Positions 25,655 to 37,969 of a DNA stretch of 64,000 nt are shown one piece after another. Both the position numbers and the translations under genes were made by a program. The number at the start of each line of letters is the position of its first letter. The first letter of the stretch is position 1. The notes beneath the pieces were generated by a model, which was not told the DNA's origin, made no database searches, and was given only the letters and a program-made list of their open reading frames with translations. Source of the DNA: Lama glama (Eukaryota); the NCBI GenBank assembly GCA_028534125.1, contig CM052817.1, positions 10,542,001-10,606,000 on the forward strand, written 5' to 3'.

Positions 25655-26250
25655 CTGGACAAGTAGTGTTGGGACAACTGGCTTTTCACATGGGAAAAAT
25701 AACATTTGATTCTGCCTCACATAACCGAAGATAAATTCTAGATGGATTAACTAGACACATGAAGAAAAGCAAAATTTTCAAACTGTTAGAAGAAAATATA
25801 GAATATTTTAGATGACCTCAGAACAGGGGAAACATTTGTAAACAAACACCACAAGGACAAATCATATGAGAAATAAGTGATCTGTTTGAATCCATCAAAA
25901 GGTAAATATTTCTTATGACAAAAGACATTATAAACACGCTACAATATAGGTGACAAGCTGGAAGAGGATTAGTAACTAGAATATATAACAAACTGTTACA
26001 AATCAAAAATCAATAAAAGTATTAAAGAGTGAAAAATGTGAAAGTATCATTCCCAGAAAGTGGTCAATAAAGCAATGAAAAGATGTTCTATTTCAGTTGT
26101 AGTCAAGAAAAGGTAAATTAAATCTAAGCCCTTGAACATCATGTGAAAAATCAAAAAAATTGAATGATACCATGTGCTGCTGGAGAGCTGAGGAAACAGG
26201 AGCTCACGTACATCATGGTGACTTCTCCTCGTAGTCTGAAAGCCCTGGAA
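25655..26250 (+). mobile_element. Old L1M ORF2 fragment
   Basis: gtagtgttgggacaactgg..ataaattctagatggatt..aactgttagaagaaaatatag..aaagatgttctatttc. Confidence 0.7.
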
Positions 26251-26362
26251 CCCGGAGTGGGCGGATGCCAGCCCACCTTCCACTCAGCGCCGACCACTGT
26301 CCTGGACGTCATCGCAGCCTGATGGACTTTCCCTCTATCCTCTCCACCCTTTCACTTACAAT

Positions 26363-26535
26363 ATTCTTCTTTTTTATAATTTTTAATTTTCTAAACACTT
26401 TTATTGTGGTATGGTTCTTGTACTGTAAACTACACATATTTCAGATGTACAATTTGATGAATTTTGGTAGACGTGTACACCTATGAAACCACCACCACAA
26501 TCAAGACAGCTAACATTTCCATCACTCCCAAAGAG
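26363..26535 (-). mobile_element. Older L1M (MB/MC-like) 3' end
   Basis: gtacaatttgatgaattttggtagacgtgtacacctatgaaaccaccaccacaatcaaga..aacatttccatcactcccaaa. Confidence 0.75.
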
Positions 26536-27185
26536 GTGCAATTTTTGAATTCCCACTTTATCCCTTCCCACCTCCTTTACCCCCTGGTAACCATAAGTTT
26601 GTTCTCCATGCCTGTGAGTCTCTTTCTGTTTTGTAGATAAGTTCATTTATACCCTTTTTAGATTCCACATATAAGTGATAAAATGGGATTTTTCTTTCTC
26701 TTTCTGATTTACTTCATGTAGACTGACAATCTCCAGGTCCATCCATGTTGCTGCAAATGGCATTATTTTATTCTTTTTATGGCTGAGTAGTATTCCACTG
26801 TATAAGTACACTACAACTTCTTTATCTAGTCATCTGTCAGTGGACATTTAGGCTGTTTCCATGTCTTGGCTATTGTAAATAGTGCTGCTGTGAACATTGG
26901 GGGTGGTGTGTGTGTCTTTTTGAATTATATTTTTCTCCGGATATATGCCCAGGAGTGAGATTGCTAGATCATATGATACATCTATTTTTAGTTTTTTAAG
27001 GAATCTCCATTCTTCCCTCCATAGTGGCTGCACCAATTTGCATCCCCACCAACAGTGTAGGAGGGTTCCTTCTTCTCCACACCCTCTCCAGCATTTATTG
27101 TTTGTAGACTTTTTAATGGTGGGCATTCTGACCGGTGTGAGGGGATACTTCACTGTAGTTTTCATTTGCATTTCTCTAATAATTA
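26536..27185 (-). mobile_element. LINE-1 ORF2 C-terminal fragment (non-functional)
   Basis: ORF 26848-27171(-) reads ..[39 protein letters not shown].., the L1 ORF2p cysteine-rich CCHC region; nucleotide match to the copy at 23585-24202. Confidence 0.95.
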
Positions 27186-27539
27186 TTCACTTGCAATACT
27201 CTTCTCACCCCACCCCAGTCTTCCACTGTTTCCCAACCATCCTTTGCTCATTCAAGACCTCCACCCAAGTTTGCCTCCATCCCGAAGCCTCCCAGGACTT
27301 CCAAACTACAGAAAAGCCTCCATTTTCTAGGCTGAGAAACCTTTAAAAAAGTTTTTTGATTACTATGAGCCTCATGCTGACGACTCCTGTAGTACTCTAT
27401 TTAATTTAATTCTATTTTACATTGTGTCTCGTTATTACATTTTCATGTCTCAACGACTCTGAACCCCATGGGTCAAGACACCACATTCTTTGGGCTGGTC
27501 TTTGCTTCCCACAGCTTACCTGGCACACACTGACTGTGT

Positions 27540-27730
27540 TTACTTATGAACCAGACACTGTGCATTTTCTGTCTTAGCCTTTGGAGCATTATTGTTATTA
27601 TCCTCATTTTACAAATGAAGAAAAAAACCCAAAACACAGAAAGGTTGCTTAATTTTCCCAGTCACACAGCTGATAACTGCTGGAGTCAGTGTTCAAGGCC
27701 ATGTCCTGGCTCCAGAACTCATCCCTTTTA
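27540..27730 (-). mobile_element. MIR SINE
   Basis: attatcctcattttacaaatgaag..aggttgcttaattttcccagtcacacagct. Confidence 0.75.
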
Positions 27731-27764
27731 ATTGACATGAGAGAGAAAACGTTGGTAATAACAG

Positions 27765-28020
27765 GTCACATGTAAGACTGGTGCGTTCGTAGAAGACTTG
27801 CTTCATTATTCACAATAGGCAAGAAATGGAAATAATCCAAATGTCCATCAACTGATGAGCGGATACACAAAGTGGTACCTCCATATAATGGAATACAGTT
27901 AGCAATGGAAGGGGCGAAATACTGACAAACGCTTTCACATGTTCCTCAAAAACATGGTGCTAAGTGAAAGAAGCCGGACACAAAATGCCGCACATTGTTT
28001 GATTCCATTTATATGAAATA
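27765..28020 (+). mobile_element. L1M (MB/MC-like) fragment
   Basis: tggaaataatccaaatgtccatcaactgatgagcggata..gctaagtgaaagaagccggacacaaaa..gattccatttatatgaaat. Confidence 0.85.
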
Positions 28021-28515
28021 GCCTGATCCTGGCTTGACCACCTTTACTAGCTGTGTGATCTCAGGCAAATTACATAAGCTCTCTGTGCCTCTGTTTCACC
28101 AAGTGCAAAATGGATGTAATTCTTCACCTTTCATTGTGAAGATGACACTACATAATACATGGACCAGAGACTGGGACGGAGTGAATACCCAGTAAAAGGC
28201 ATGATTATTAAGTGGTGGAGAAAGTCCGAAGGCCAGAGTTGCCATGGATATTAAATAATACGTATCAGTAATGCCTCTTATAGGGCAGCCCCGCACTTTA
28301 CAACGCGAGGGCCTGGGGCTAGATGCCCGTGAAGCACTTCTTTGCTCTGTGATTCTGCGCAAGTTATTCCACCTGAGTTGCCTTTGCTGGGAAAATGGGA
28401 GCCACGAGGGTAGCTCGTAGGGCTGTTGCGAGGATTAAATGAACAGATACATTAAAGTGCTTAGCACAATGCCTGGCACGCAAGAAGCCCTTGTTAATTT
28501 CTACCCATCATTATT
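28021..28515 (+). mobile_element. Two MIR SINEs in tandem
   Basis: tactagctgtgtgatctcaggcaaattacataagctctctgtgcctc; second copy gtagggctgttgcgaggattaaatgaa..aaagtgcttagcacaatgcctggcac. Confidence 0.8.
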
Positions 28516-29451
28516 GATCCGGCATCAGTGTTAGGTGGCCTTAAAGACATTCAGGACAGAGATCTCTATCCTTAGAAAACATATAATCCAATTAGCCTGT
28601 TTTCCCAGTGTTGCCACTGACAGTGGGTACGAACGAGGGTGCCCTCCTTGCTCCGTCTCCCTTTGGAGACTGCAGACTCCCTAAGGGCGGGATCAGGGCT
28701 CTGTTTTTCACTGTCTCCCCTGTGCCTTGCATAGTGCCTGCCCGGGAAAGAACGGGGGTACTCCATCCATCGAAGTGAGTTTTCAATGCAGCCTGAAAGA
28801 AGCCAGGCCTCTGTTTTGCACGCCAGCCTCAAATCCACAGTTGCATGTGGTTTGGGCTAATTTGCATCTCAGCATCTCAGAAAGCTCTGCATTCAGCTAG
28901 CCAGTTTGCTTCCTTGTCAGCTAGATATCACATCTTGCACTGCAAAGAGCGCTCTCGAGAATTGTGGCTTGCCTGCCAGCACCCATATTTGGTCCTGCAG
29001 GATTTTTCACTTCCTCCTTCCATCTCCATGGAAGGCAGAAAACTGGGTTCCGATTCTGATCCTGGTCATTCTTTGCAGGGCGACCTTAAGCAATACATGT
29101 CAAAGAATCCAAAATGTTCAAAATGTTCTTAGAGGATGTGCTTGGGCCTCAGTTTCTTCGCTTGTCAAGTAGAAGGATGATTCTAAGGGTCCTTCCAAAG
29201 GCATCCTGCCAGAACACTTGCTTCTTCAGGAATTTATTGTTCCTAAAGGAACCTGCCCCCCTTCCCTATTCTTACATTCAGGGAAAATGTTTTGGGGGGA
29301 TCCTGGTCAGGACTAAAGTAAGGCAACATCACCATCAAAGGATGTAAAAAGGAAGATTTCCATCACCTTCCAGAGTCCAAGAAGAGAAGGTAAATGGATT
29401 TGAACCCAAGTGGCCTCTCTGACAAATTGGTAATTTAACTAGGACTCTGAA

Positions 29452-30010
29452 TTCATTCATGCACCAAATATTTATTGAGCACTTACTATGTGCTAGACAA
29501 TATTCTTGGCATGAAGGATAAAGCAGTGAACAAAAAGGACATGGGTTGTCCTTGTAGAGCATATACAATAGTGGATGACAAAAATAAACAAAATAAGTGA
29601 GTGAAATATATCATTCATCAGAGAGTGACTGGTGCACAAGAGAAAAACAATAAAGCAGGAAATGGGAACACAAAGTATCGGGAGTGAGGAAGGAGAAGGT
29701 TTTAGACAGGGTGACCACGGGCCACGGCCTTGCTGGAAGGTCTCTTTAGAGCAGGTTTCTCAACCTCAGCGTCACTGACATCGGGGCTGGATCACTCTTT
29801 GTTGTAGGAGGAGGCTGTCCTGTGCAGGGTAGGATGTTTGAAAGCATCCCTGGCCTCTACTCAAAACTTGTGATTAGCACTTCCCCCCATTGTGACAACC
29901 AAAAATGTCTCTAGACATTGCTAGATGTCCTGCAGGTTAAACACCACTGGTTTAGAGTAACAAACTGAAGAGAGAGGAGGAGCCACCCAGAGATGCAGAA
30001 GGATCTTGGG
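29452..30010 (-). mobile_element. L2 LINE 3' end split by MER20
   Basis: ttcattcatgcaccaaatatttattgagcacttactatgtgctagaca. Confidence 0.8.
29752..29949. mobile_element. MER20 hAT-Charlie element
   Basis: caggtttctcaacctcagc..ggctgtcctgtgca..agcatccctggcctctac..gtgacaaccaaaaatgtctctagacattgc..ccactg; 8-bp TSD ctttagag/gtttagag. Confidence 0.92.
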
Positions 30011-30110
30011 CAGACACTGGCAGTAGAGGGGTGAATGAGTTTGGCCCCAATCTCCTGACTCTCCCCGTCACAGCCAGCTTACATCAAATAAACATTTTCT
30101 CAAGTATATT

Positions 30111-30267
30111 CATTCTTTGGAGGGTTTTGGGGGATGGAGGAGGAGGTAATTAGGTTTTATGTATTTGTTTATGTATGTTAAAAAAAAAAAAACAGAGGTG
30201 CTGGGGATTGAACCCAGGACCTTGTGCATGCTAAGTACATGCTCTACCGCTGAGCTCTACCCTCCCC
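30111..30267 (-). mobile_element. tRNA-derived SINE, Vic-1-like (Camelidae)
   Basis: Minus strand ggggagggtagagctcagcggtagagcatgtacttagcatgcacaaggtcctgggttcaatccccagcacctc (A and B boxes) plus acctaattacctcc; TSD ctcaagta(t/c)att at 30099-30110 and 30269-30280. Confidence 0.88.
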
Positions 30268-31734
30268 ACTCAAGTACATTTGTCTTTAAGAGAGGGCTTG
30301 GTCAGCAGAGGTGAGGAAACAGACGGCGCCCCAGCGTGGAGGTCAAGAGATCACTATGCATTTAAGGAGTGAGGAGGGCATCGGAGCCAAGTATTGGGAG
30401 CCAGGAGCGAGGTGCAGATGAGCCGGATTGGGGCACGGGATCTCTTCCTCCTCCAATCAAGGGGACCTCCTAGAAGGGTTTTAAGCAGGGAAGTGCTGGG
30501 ATCAATTTAGATTCCAAGGACCTTCTATGACAAGACCACCTCTACCCCTGAATAGCTGTGTGGCCCTGGCCGAATTCCTTCACTACACCAGGCCTCAGTT
30601 TTCTCTTGCTTTGTGGGTTTGTTATGAGGCTTTATCAAATGTGCGAAGAAGCATTCAGAACTCTGTTTGGAACCCAGAGCGCACTCAGCTGTGACTCTCA
30701 GGCTTGATGAATCGCACTTTGCTTAAACTCATGTCCATCTTCTTCGCTTCCCTTTCCCTTGGAAGCTCACCAATGCCCAGGGGAAGGTATCGCAGGTTTC
30801 ACCTTTATATCTGCCCTCCTCATCCTGCCCTGGCCGGGCACCCATCGCGCCCCCAGTCCAGCTCATGCCCCTGCTCCCGGGGCCCTGCTCTTCTGCGTCT
30901 GTTACACCCCCTGCTTGTCAGCTTCTCTGCACACCTGACTGTATGTTTTCTATCCATAGTCCTCACTGCAGGCAAATATGTCCACTTGAAAATGAATGTC
31001 AAAGAGGCTCCTTCTTTCTTAAACACTGTAAGCCCCCGTGTTTGTATAGCTCCCAGTCCTGTCCTGAGAATGGGTTCTGAAACAATCAACTGTCACCTTG
31101 AAGAGTCATTAACCACCCCCCCACCTAATGGCAATATACTACTTTCTTATAAGCCATATAATGCCTACATGATTCCTCTACCTGTAAAGCCTTTTCTCTC
31201 CAACTCATGGTCCAGAGAATTTCTGCCAGTCAACACCTGCAGGAGCTGCCCTTCCCAGCCCTTGCTGCCGCACCTGACCCCTTCCCCCGCCTTCTTTAGG
31301 AGTAATTCCACCCCACTTAACTCGGGATGCCAGCCCCTGGGCAGGGCCTGACGCTAAGCAGCGCCCCGTCTCCACCCCAGTCAGTGTCCTCTGGGGGATG
31401 GATGCATGCTCGGGGACGTCACATACTGAGTCTGATATGATCCTTATACCAAGAGCTTGAGATTAGCAGCACAAGTGTTTTGTATATGAGCAAGCCAAGG
31501 GTCAGAAAGGCTGGACAGTTTGCTCACAGTCTCCCAGGAAGCAAATACCGAAGTCAGAAGCTACCTAGGAATCTTCTAACTTCTAGTGGTTAAATGTCTA
31601 TGTAGAAAATTGCCATTTGCCAAAACCTAAAAAAAAAGAGTTTAGATTCAAAATATGCAACCTAAATATGTACACAGTGGCTTTGCCTGTCTGTCCCTGG
31701 AATTGTTATCAACCATAACATGTAACAGTATCAA

Positions 31735-31936
31735 GATAAATAGCTCACAATTACTGCACATTTTCTGGGGGCCAGGCCCCGTGCTAAGCACTTTACAAAA
31801 CTATCTCACTAAATTCCTGCCACATTCCTATGAGATAGATAATTACTGTTTCCAATTTACAAATGAAGAAAGTAAGCCTTTTGACCAAGGTCACTTAACT
31901 AGCAAATGACAAAAGCAAAATTCAAATCCAGGCAGT
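31735..31936 (-). mobile_element. MIR SINE interrupted by MLT2
   Basis: gccaggccccgtgctaagcactttaca..cctatgagatag..tttacaaatgaagaaa..ccaaggtcac..ttcaaatccaggcagt. Confidence 0.8.
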
Positions 31937-32342
31937 TGTGATGGTTAATTTTCTGTGTCAGTTTGGCTGGGACACCAGGTGCCCAGATGTTTAGGCCAAC
32001 TTTATTCAGGGTGTTTCTGGAGGAGACTGAGGACAACAGACTGCCCTCCCCATGGGTGGGTCCCCTCCAATCAGTTGAAGACCTGAGCAGAACAGAAAGG
32101 CTAAGAGCAATCCCCACCCGCCTGAGCCAGACCATCAGTCCTCTCCTGCCCTCGGGTTCGGATCTAAATTGCCGGGTCTCTTGATTCGCAGCTGCCCTGT
32201 GTCTTCAGCTCACCAACTCACCACTCGGGTCTTGGGGCTTGTCAGCCTCCCTAACCACATGAGCCAATTCTTAGTGATAAATCTCTTTATACGCACACAC
32301 ACACATCCTCGTGGTTCTGTTCCCCTGGAGAACCCTAACACG
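31937..32342 (+). mobile_element. MLT2 (ERVL) solo LTR
   Basis: Starts tgtgatggttaattttctgtgtca; ends gagccaattcttagtgataaatctct..ggttctgttcccctggagaaccctaacac. Confidence 0.9.
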
Positions 32343-33619
32343 GTGGTATCCGCCCTAGTGTGCTTCCATTCTCTGTATTAAGTAAAAATAGAATTCCTCT
32401 TATTCCAGGTGGAGAAGAAGCATTAATTATCAACAGTATGCAGCCAGGGACTCACTAAAACGTTTCACTAGATGTAATTTGTTTTGTTCCAACATCTCAG
32501 GAGCAGCTTCTTTCCCCCGTTCGCTTGTATTTTAGGGAATCACTCCCTAGAAGGGATCTGAGAGATGGCTTTGGACTTGCAGGAGCCTGGCTGGCATTAT
32601 AGCTCTCACACAGTCTGCAAGGGTGACCTTGGACAAGTCATAGTACCTCTCTGAGGAGGTACAGTGTGGATGACTTACACCTGTGTCCCCCTGGGTGCCG
32701 TGAGGCTTAAATGAGGTCAGGTATTGATTATTTCTAATTTCATTGTTTTCAAAACCACAAAAAAGTTCGCCAGCAAGGGGGACTGCCGGCTTCAGGAGCA
32801 ATGCACCATGAAAAATAGATACTAATTCCACTTAATCTGATTCTTGTCCAGTCATCTCAACTGAAGGCTAAAGATGATTCTGCAGTAATAAAGGGAATTA
32901 TAGTACTCGGCTGTAGGCGCTTGGAGAGCAATTCCAGCACAGAAGCAAGCGATTAGACATTGAAACAAATTAAAAACTCAAAGAAAAACGGGGGGAGGGA
33001 GAGGAAGGAAACCAAAGACCACTCAAATCCCTCAAGAAACACTGTTTAATAAAGCAAACTCTAGTTTCCACAGAATTCCAATCAAGGAGCATTTTGGCCA
33101 CATGGAAGCAATTAAAGGCATCTATGGTTTAATGAAAATGCAAAACAACTTCGTAACAAGAGGCCACTTCTCAAATCCCTGCCACCAAACTGCAGGACAC
33201 AGAACAGCTGAAAAGCTTGTACCATTGATACACGGCTCACATCAGCCAGAGGCATGATCCCCAAAGTCCAGTCCGCCTTGCCTTTTGCTGGAACACAAAG
33301 AAAACAGCGCTTTAAACAAAACAAAGACCAGGCTTAACCGCTCCAGGCCTCCCCGGGTGGCCGATCAGACCAGTGATCTCAGGAGAAGAAAATGCATACG
33401 AGGTCTGGCTTGTCCTCTCTTTGGCCTTGGTGAAAACCTAGCCCCATTCCTTAGGCAGATTCCATCATCCCTGGAGCTCCCCTTGGCCAGGCACCAACAT
33501 CCCACGGGAGTTTGATTTTAAGCAACATTCCTCACCATAGAAACATACATAAGTCACTCTCCTGTGAATTGGAAATTTTCTGGATTCAGATGATGAAAAT
33601 GGAGACAAATTTGTCTCAC

Positions 33620-34100
33620 TGACATCATCCCCTACCCTGGGACCCCTGGACCTGGCTCGCCAGCTCTTCTTCTGTGTTCCGCACACTGCAGGCCAACTTC
33701 CGCTTCCGGGTCTTGGCACTTGCTGTTCCCTCTGCCTGTAAGGCTTGTCCTCCAGGTCTTCAAAGGCTTGATTCCTGCTTATGATTTAGATCTCAGCTCA
33801 AATGCCAGAGAGAGACCTTCCGTGGCACTGCTGAACTGAGGAAACTCCAGTCACTCTATCCGTTATCATGTTTGATTTTTCTTTTTTTCTTTTTTGAGCA
33901 CTCATCACCGTCCAAAACTACCTGCATTGTTAATACATCTGTGTATTTGCTGGTTTAACCTGTCCCCTCGCCCATCCTCTCCTAATAATCAGCCATGAGA
34001 AAGCAAAAGTGCTGACCTTTTATTTGCTTACCACCCTGTACCCCACTCCAAGCAAAGTTCCTGGCACACGATAGGCACTTAATAACATCAAGAGAATGAA
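33620..34100 (+). mobile_element. L2 LINE 3' fragment
   Basis: ttggcacttgctgttccctctgcctg..atctcagctcaaatgcca..cctggcacacgataggcacttaataa. Confidence 0.8.
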
Positions 34101-34332
34101 CACAAAACATGGCGGGCTGCTTGATGTTTCTGAATTTTTGGAAAGACTGCTTTGACCAAGAAGTTTCTATTTTATTTGTTCATTCTTTCAATATCTGTTG
34201 AGTACCAAGGATGTTCCAGGAGCTGGGGAGACAGCTAGGAGTTAAATCTGGGTCTTTGCCCACAAGGAGTTTGAAATGGGGATGGAGAGAAAGAAGAGGA
34301 ATTATAGAGGTCCTTATTGTTAAGTCAATGGG

Positions 34333-34788
34333 TGTATTAATTTCTTGTCACTGCTGTAATGGCCACATGTGGGTGACTTAAAACCACAGAAATGCATGCT
34401 TTCACAGTTCTGGAGTCCAGAAGTTTCAAATCAAGGTGCCAGGAGACTTGGTTCCTTCTGAGGGCTAGCAGGAAGAATCTGTTCCATGCTTCTCTCCTCG
34501 ATTCTGGGGGTGGCTGGAGCTCCTTGGTATCCCTTGGCTTGTGGCTGCATCCCTCAGCCTCTGCCTCCATCTTCATATGGTCTTCTCTCTACTTATGTCT
34601 GTCTCTGTGTCTGTGTCTTTCATAAGGACACTGCACATTGGATTTGAACCCACCCTAATCCAGTATGACCTTATATTAAGTAGGTGCATCTTCAGAGACC
34701 CTATTTCCAAATAAGGCCACATTCTGAGATTCCAGGATCTGGGTGGGGAGGGAGTTTGTGAGGGGGATATACTCTCCAACCCAGTACA
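34333..34788 (-). mobile_element. MLT1 (MaLR) solo LTR, MLT1B/C-like
   Basis: cacagttctggagtccagaagtttcaaatcaaggtg..caccctaatccagtatgacct..ccctatttccaaataaggccacattctgag; TG...CA ends. Confidence 0.9.
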
Positions 34789-35859
34789 GTTGGCCATGCC
34801 TTTGTCTTTGATTCTGGAAAACAGATTTACTTTCACGAGCACCAGTTGTCTGATGGATTCAGCATGATAGAATTTTATTCTCCACTGAACACATGGGTAT
34901 GCCAAAGTGACCCACACACCTCTCCCTCTGATGTATTCCGGCTACCAGAGGGGAAGAGGAGAGAAATAGGTCAGGGCTGCCGGGGACTCCTCACTGCCCT
35001 GCCTTCTTCCTTCCCGCCAAACTCAGCTGGGGGCTCCATCTCCTCTGCTTCTGCCTTACCTCCAACTCCACAGTCTGGTCTGTGTTCAACCAACGGGGGG
35101 ACACAAGCCCAGGGACGAGCTCCATCTTGGAGACGCTCTAGGAAGATTCCTTCTGCAGCACTCAGGGAAGACAAGACAGGGCCACAGATCCACAAATCAT
35201 AGCTCCTCTGTGTAGCCCATGAAATCCCAGCCTTGCCTCTCCGCTGTCCGTTCTGGTTCTAAATTTAGCCTGGCTCCTGAGCTGTAGCTTCCTTCTTCCT
35301 GTTCCATTTACCTTCCAAGTCATAATCTTAGTGCTACTCCATGATGGAAATTGAGGTCCTTGACACCCAAAGAGAGGGCCGGAGTATGGAGACAGCTAAC
35401 TGGTTCCCCTCCACGGAGAGGATCTCAGCCTCTCCAGTCCACCTGGACCCCAGATATGCCCAGAAACACCCCCAAAGTGGGGATCAGTGGAGAGGTGACA
35501 AACATGGGAGTCCAACAGCCCAGAGCCCACATCTAAGCTCTAATCTTCATTAGGCATCTCTCTGTGGATCAATAGCTCAACCCTCTCAGCCACCATGGCC
35601 TCACAGATATCAATTCCCACCATCTAGGGTGAAACATACATTAATTGTCAAAAATAATAACACATACAACACAGTTCAAGACACACGGGATGCACTTAGT
35701 AATTGCTTTTGGAATTGCACTAAGAAAATTGAAATACCTAACACAGAGCTAATAAAGTTACAAGAGAAAGAGAAAATATACTGAATTGAGGCCTGGAAAG
35801 AAATACCTATATTTTCATTGATGTACAAATGCAGTTTTTCCTCCATAGCTTGTACCTCC

Positions 35860-36142
35860 TGGTTCTTCAGGTAACCTCAACGTCACCTCCTTCGGGAGGC
35901 CTTGTCAAACCAGCTTGATTTAAAAGGGAACATTTCTCCTTATTTAGTCTCAGTCCATTTTCTTCATAACTCTTACACAAATAATGATATTTTTGTTTGT
36001 TTTATGTTCATGTGTTGATTGTCTGCCTCTCGCTCTCTGGGCTGCGTGAGGGTACTGATTTTATCTAAGTTTATCCTTCTCTAATCCCAGGGCCTGGCAT
36101 AGGGCAATGTCTTCAATAAGACTTGTCGAAAGAATGACGAGT
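35860..36142 (+). mobile_element. L2 LINE 3' fragment
   Basis: ctcaacgtcacctccttcgggaggcctt..gggcctggcatagggc..caataagacttgtcgaaagaatga. Confidence 0.7.
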
Positions 36143-36509
36143 GAAAAACAAACTCTGTACCCCAAATGAAGATGCTGCCATATTTTCATCATTTTTTTAA
36201 AATGGAAGGGGATTGCACAGTTGGAAGAAGTAAGTGAAAGAAGTTAAAATAATTTCACATTTAATTTCTACTAGCTGGATCATAGTAAGTTAGGAATGGT
36301 AGGCACTTTGTATATAACCTAGAATAAGCAGCCAATTGATGCCTGAAATTCTTGGACATTGCTGTCTGTTATGTCCAGTCCACTGAACTGAAGGAAAGAC
36401 AGTAAGGGGCTGAAGGGGAAATCAGTTTACCCCATTCACCCGTTTTCCTTGGCTATCCAGCATTCGGGCTGGTTCACCACCTGAAGGCCCTCAATAGTAG
36501 TCTCTCTTT

Positions 36510-36645
36510 TTTTAAATGGCCTTCAAACATTTGAGGACACAGCCATGGCCCCCATGGCCCTCCCCCTTCTTCAGGCGAATCATCCCTGGATCTTTTAACT
36601 CTTTCTCAAAGGACAAGTTTTCATGTCCTCTCATCATCCAAGGTG
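36510..36645 (-). mobile_element. CR1/L3 LINE remnant
   Basis: gccttcaaacatttgaggaca..cttcttcaggcgaatcatccctgg..ttctcaaaggacaagttttca..cctctcatcatcc resembles reverse CR1 RT C-terminal sequence. Confidence 0.6.
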
Positions 36646-37969
36646 GCGAGGGGAAAGTCAAAGAGATATTTAACTTGCCCCCCAGTCACCTTTCTGTGCG
36701 GGTAGCAGTGCGAGTGAAAAAGACAGGCAGATAAACCCGGGCCATCCTTGCTTAGAAAGTGCATTTAGATTTCCATAAAGCCATAAAAGGTTTGAGATGA
36801 CACATTTGCTTCAAAAAAGACAGATTCTTAAATGAGAGCGATTTCAAGAAGACCAGGCATCCCGTGGTGCACTTTGGGAGGGAAAGCAAATTGCATAACT
36901 GTGGCTCATCTGAGCAGCGGTGAGAAGTCCTGCCAGCAGGGGCGCAAGTTCAAATCCCTGGGCCACCTAAGCCAAGTTCTGTAAAGAGACTCCTCTCCAG
37001 CTCACAACCCCCTACAGCTAGATGGCCGGGCTAACTCATTTGTCCTGTTGCATTTCCCTGAAAAGGGGAACACAAAGAAAGATATAAAATGAGCTTTGTG
37101 AAAACCACGCATTAGTCCTAAAACTTCCCTCCTCTGAGTTATAGGGAGACAATGAGACTGGGATGAAAAAGTATTGGCCTGGGAATCAGGTTCTTTATGT
37201 CTAATTTGAGAACTGGAAGGACCCTCAGACACAAGCTAATTCAAGTCTCTAATTTTCTGTCCAAGGTCATTGAAATTTAGGCCACCTTCATTATGTATTT
37301 ATTGATGTGATCTCAAATGAGTTGCCAAGACTCGCTGGCCTCAGTTTCCCAATCTGTGAAATGGAGATGAGGAGAATGTTATCCATCCGTAAATAGCTGT
37401 CATGATCAGATTACACAGGAAAAATGCACGTAGCGTGCCCCGTGGGGAGCAAGCAGTCCGTAAGAGCTGGCTATGATTATTTTTCATTCAAATAGCAATT
37501 GGCCTCTGCTACGGTCAGACACCGCTCCAAGCAATGAGGGTGTGGCAAGAAATGAGACAAACACTGACCTTACCCTCCTGAAGCCTTCTGGGAAGACAGA
37601 CATTAAAACACAAATTCGCAGACACTCTTGATTACAGTTGGCTAAGCGCTGGTACTTAAGACCCCACATTTCGTTGCTGGTAGATCTGATAGGAAAATTC
37701 AAGTCAACCAGCTCAGAGATTCTTCATTTTCACAAGTGCTGCATCCCCATCCCGCCTTCCTCGCCTGTACCACAAGGGCGCTTGGTGAGACAGAATGGCA
37801 GTTGCCGTAAGAGAAATCCCCTCGCTGCCTCGGTGTGGATGAGCGTGCAGTGGGACACTTCCTCAGGTCCGGGGGCCTCTGCTTAAATGAGACGTAGACC
37901 GTTTGGAACTACGTCTGTGGGTCAGGATGGCATAGCAGATAAGAAACCCTTCGGAGGTGAGAGAGAAAA

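Noticed and set aside
30195..30267. tRNA gene
   Set aside because: The tRNA-like sequence is a SINE head with tail and TSD; the same applies to 63625-63695
30704..31351. Longest gap-free ORF (215 aa)
   Set aside because: Pro/Ser/Leu-rich translation of pyrimidine-rich DNA with no recognisable domain or splice structure
36931..36946. CTCF-like tgccagcaggggcgca
   Set aside because: One base short in the core relative to CCASYAGRKGGCRS, so the spacing does not fit
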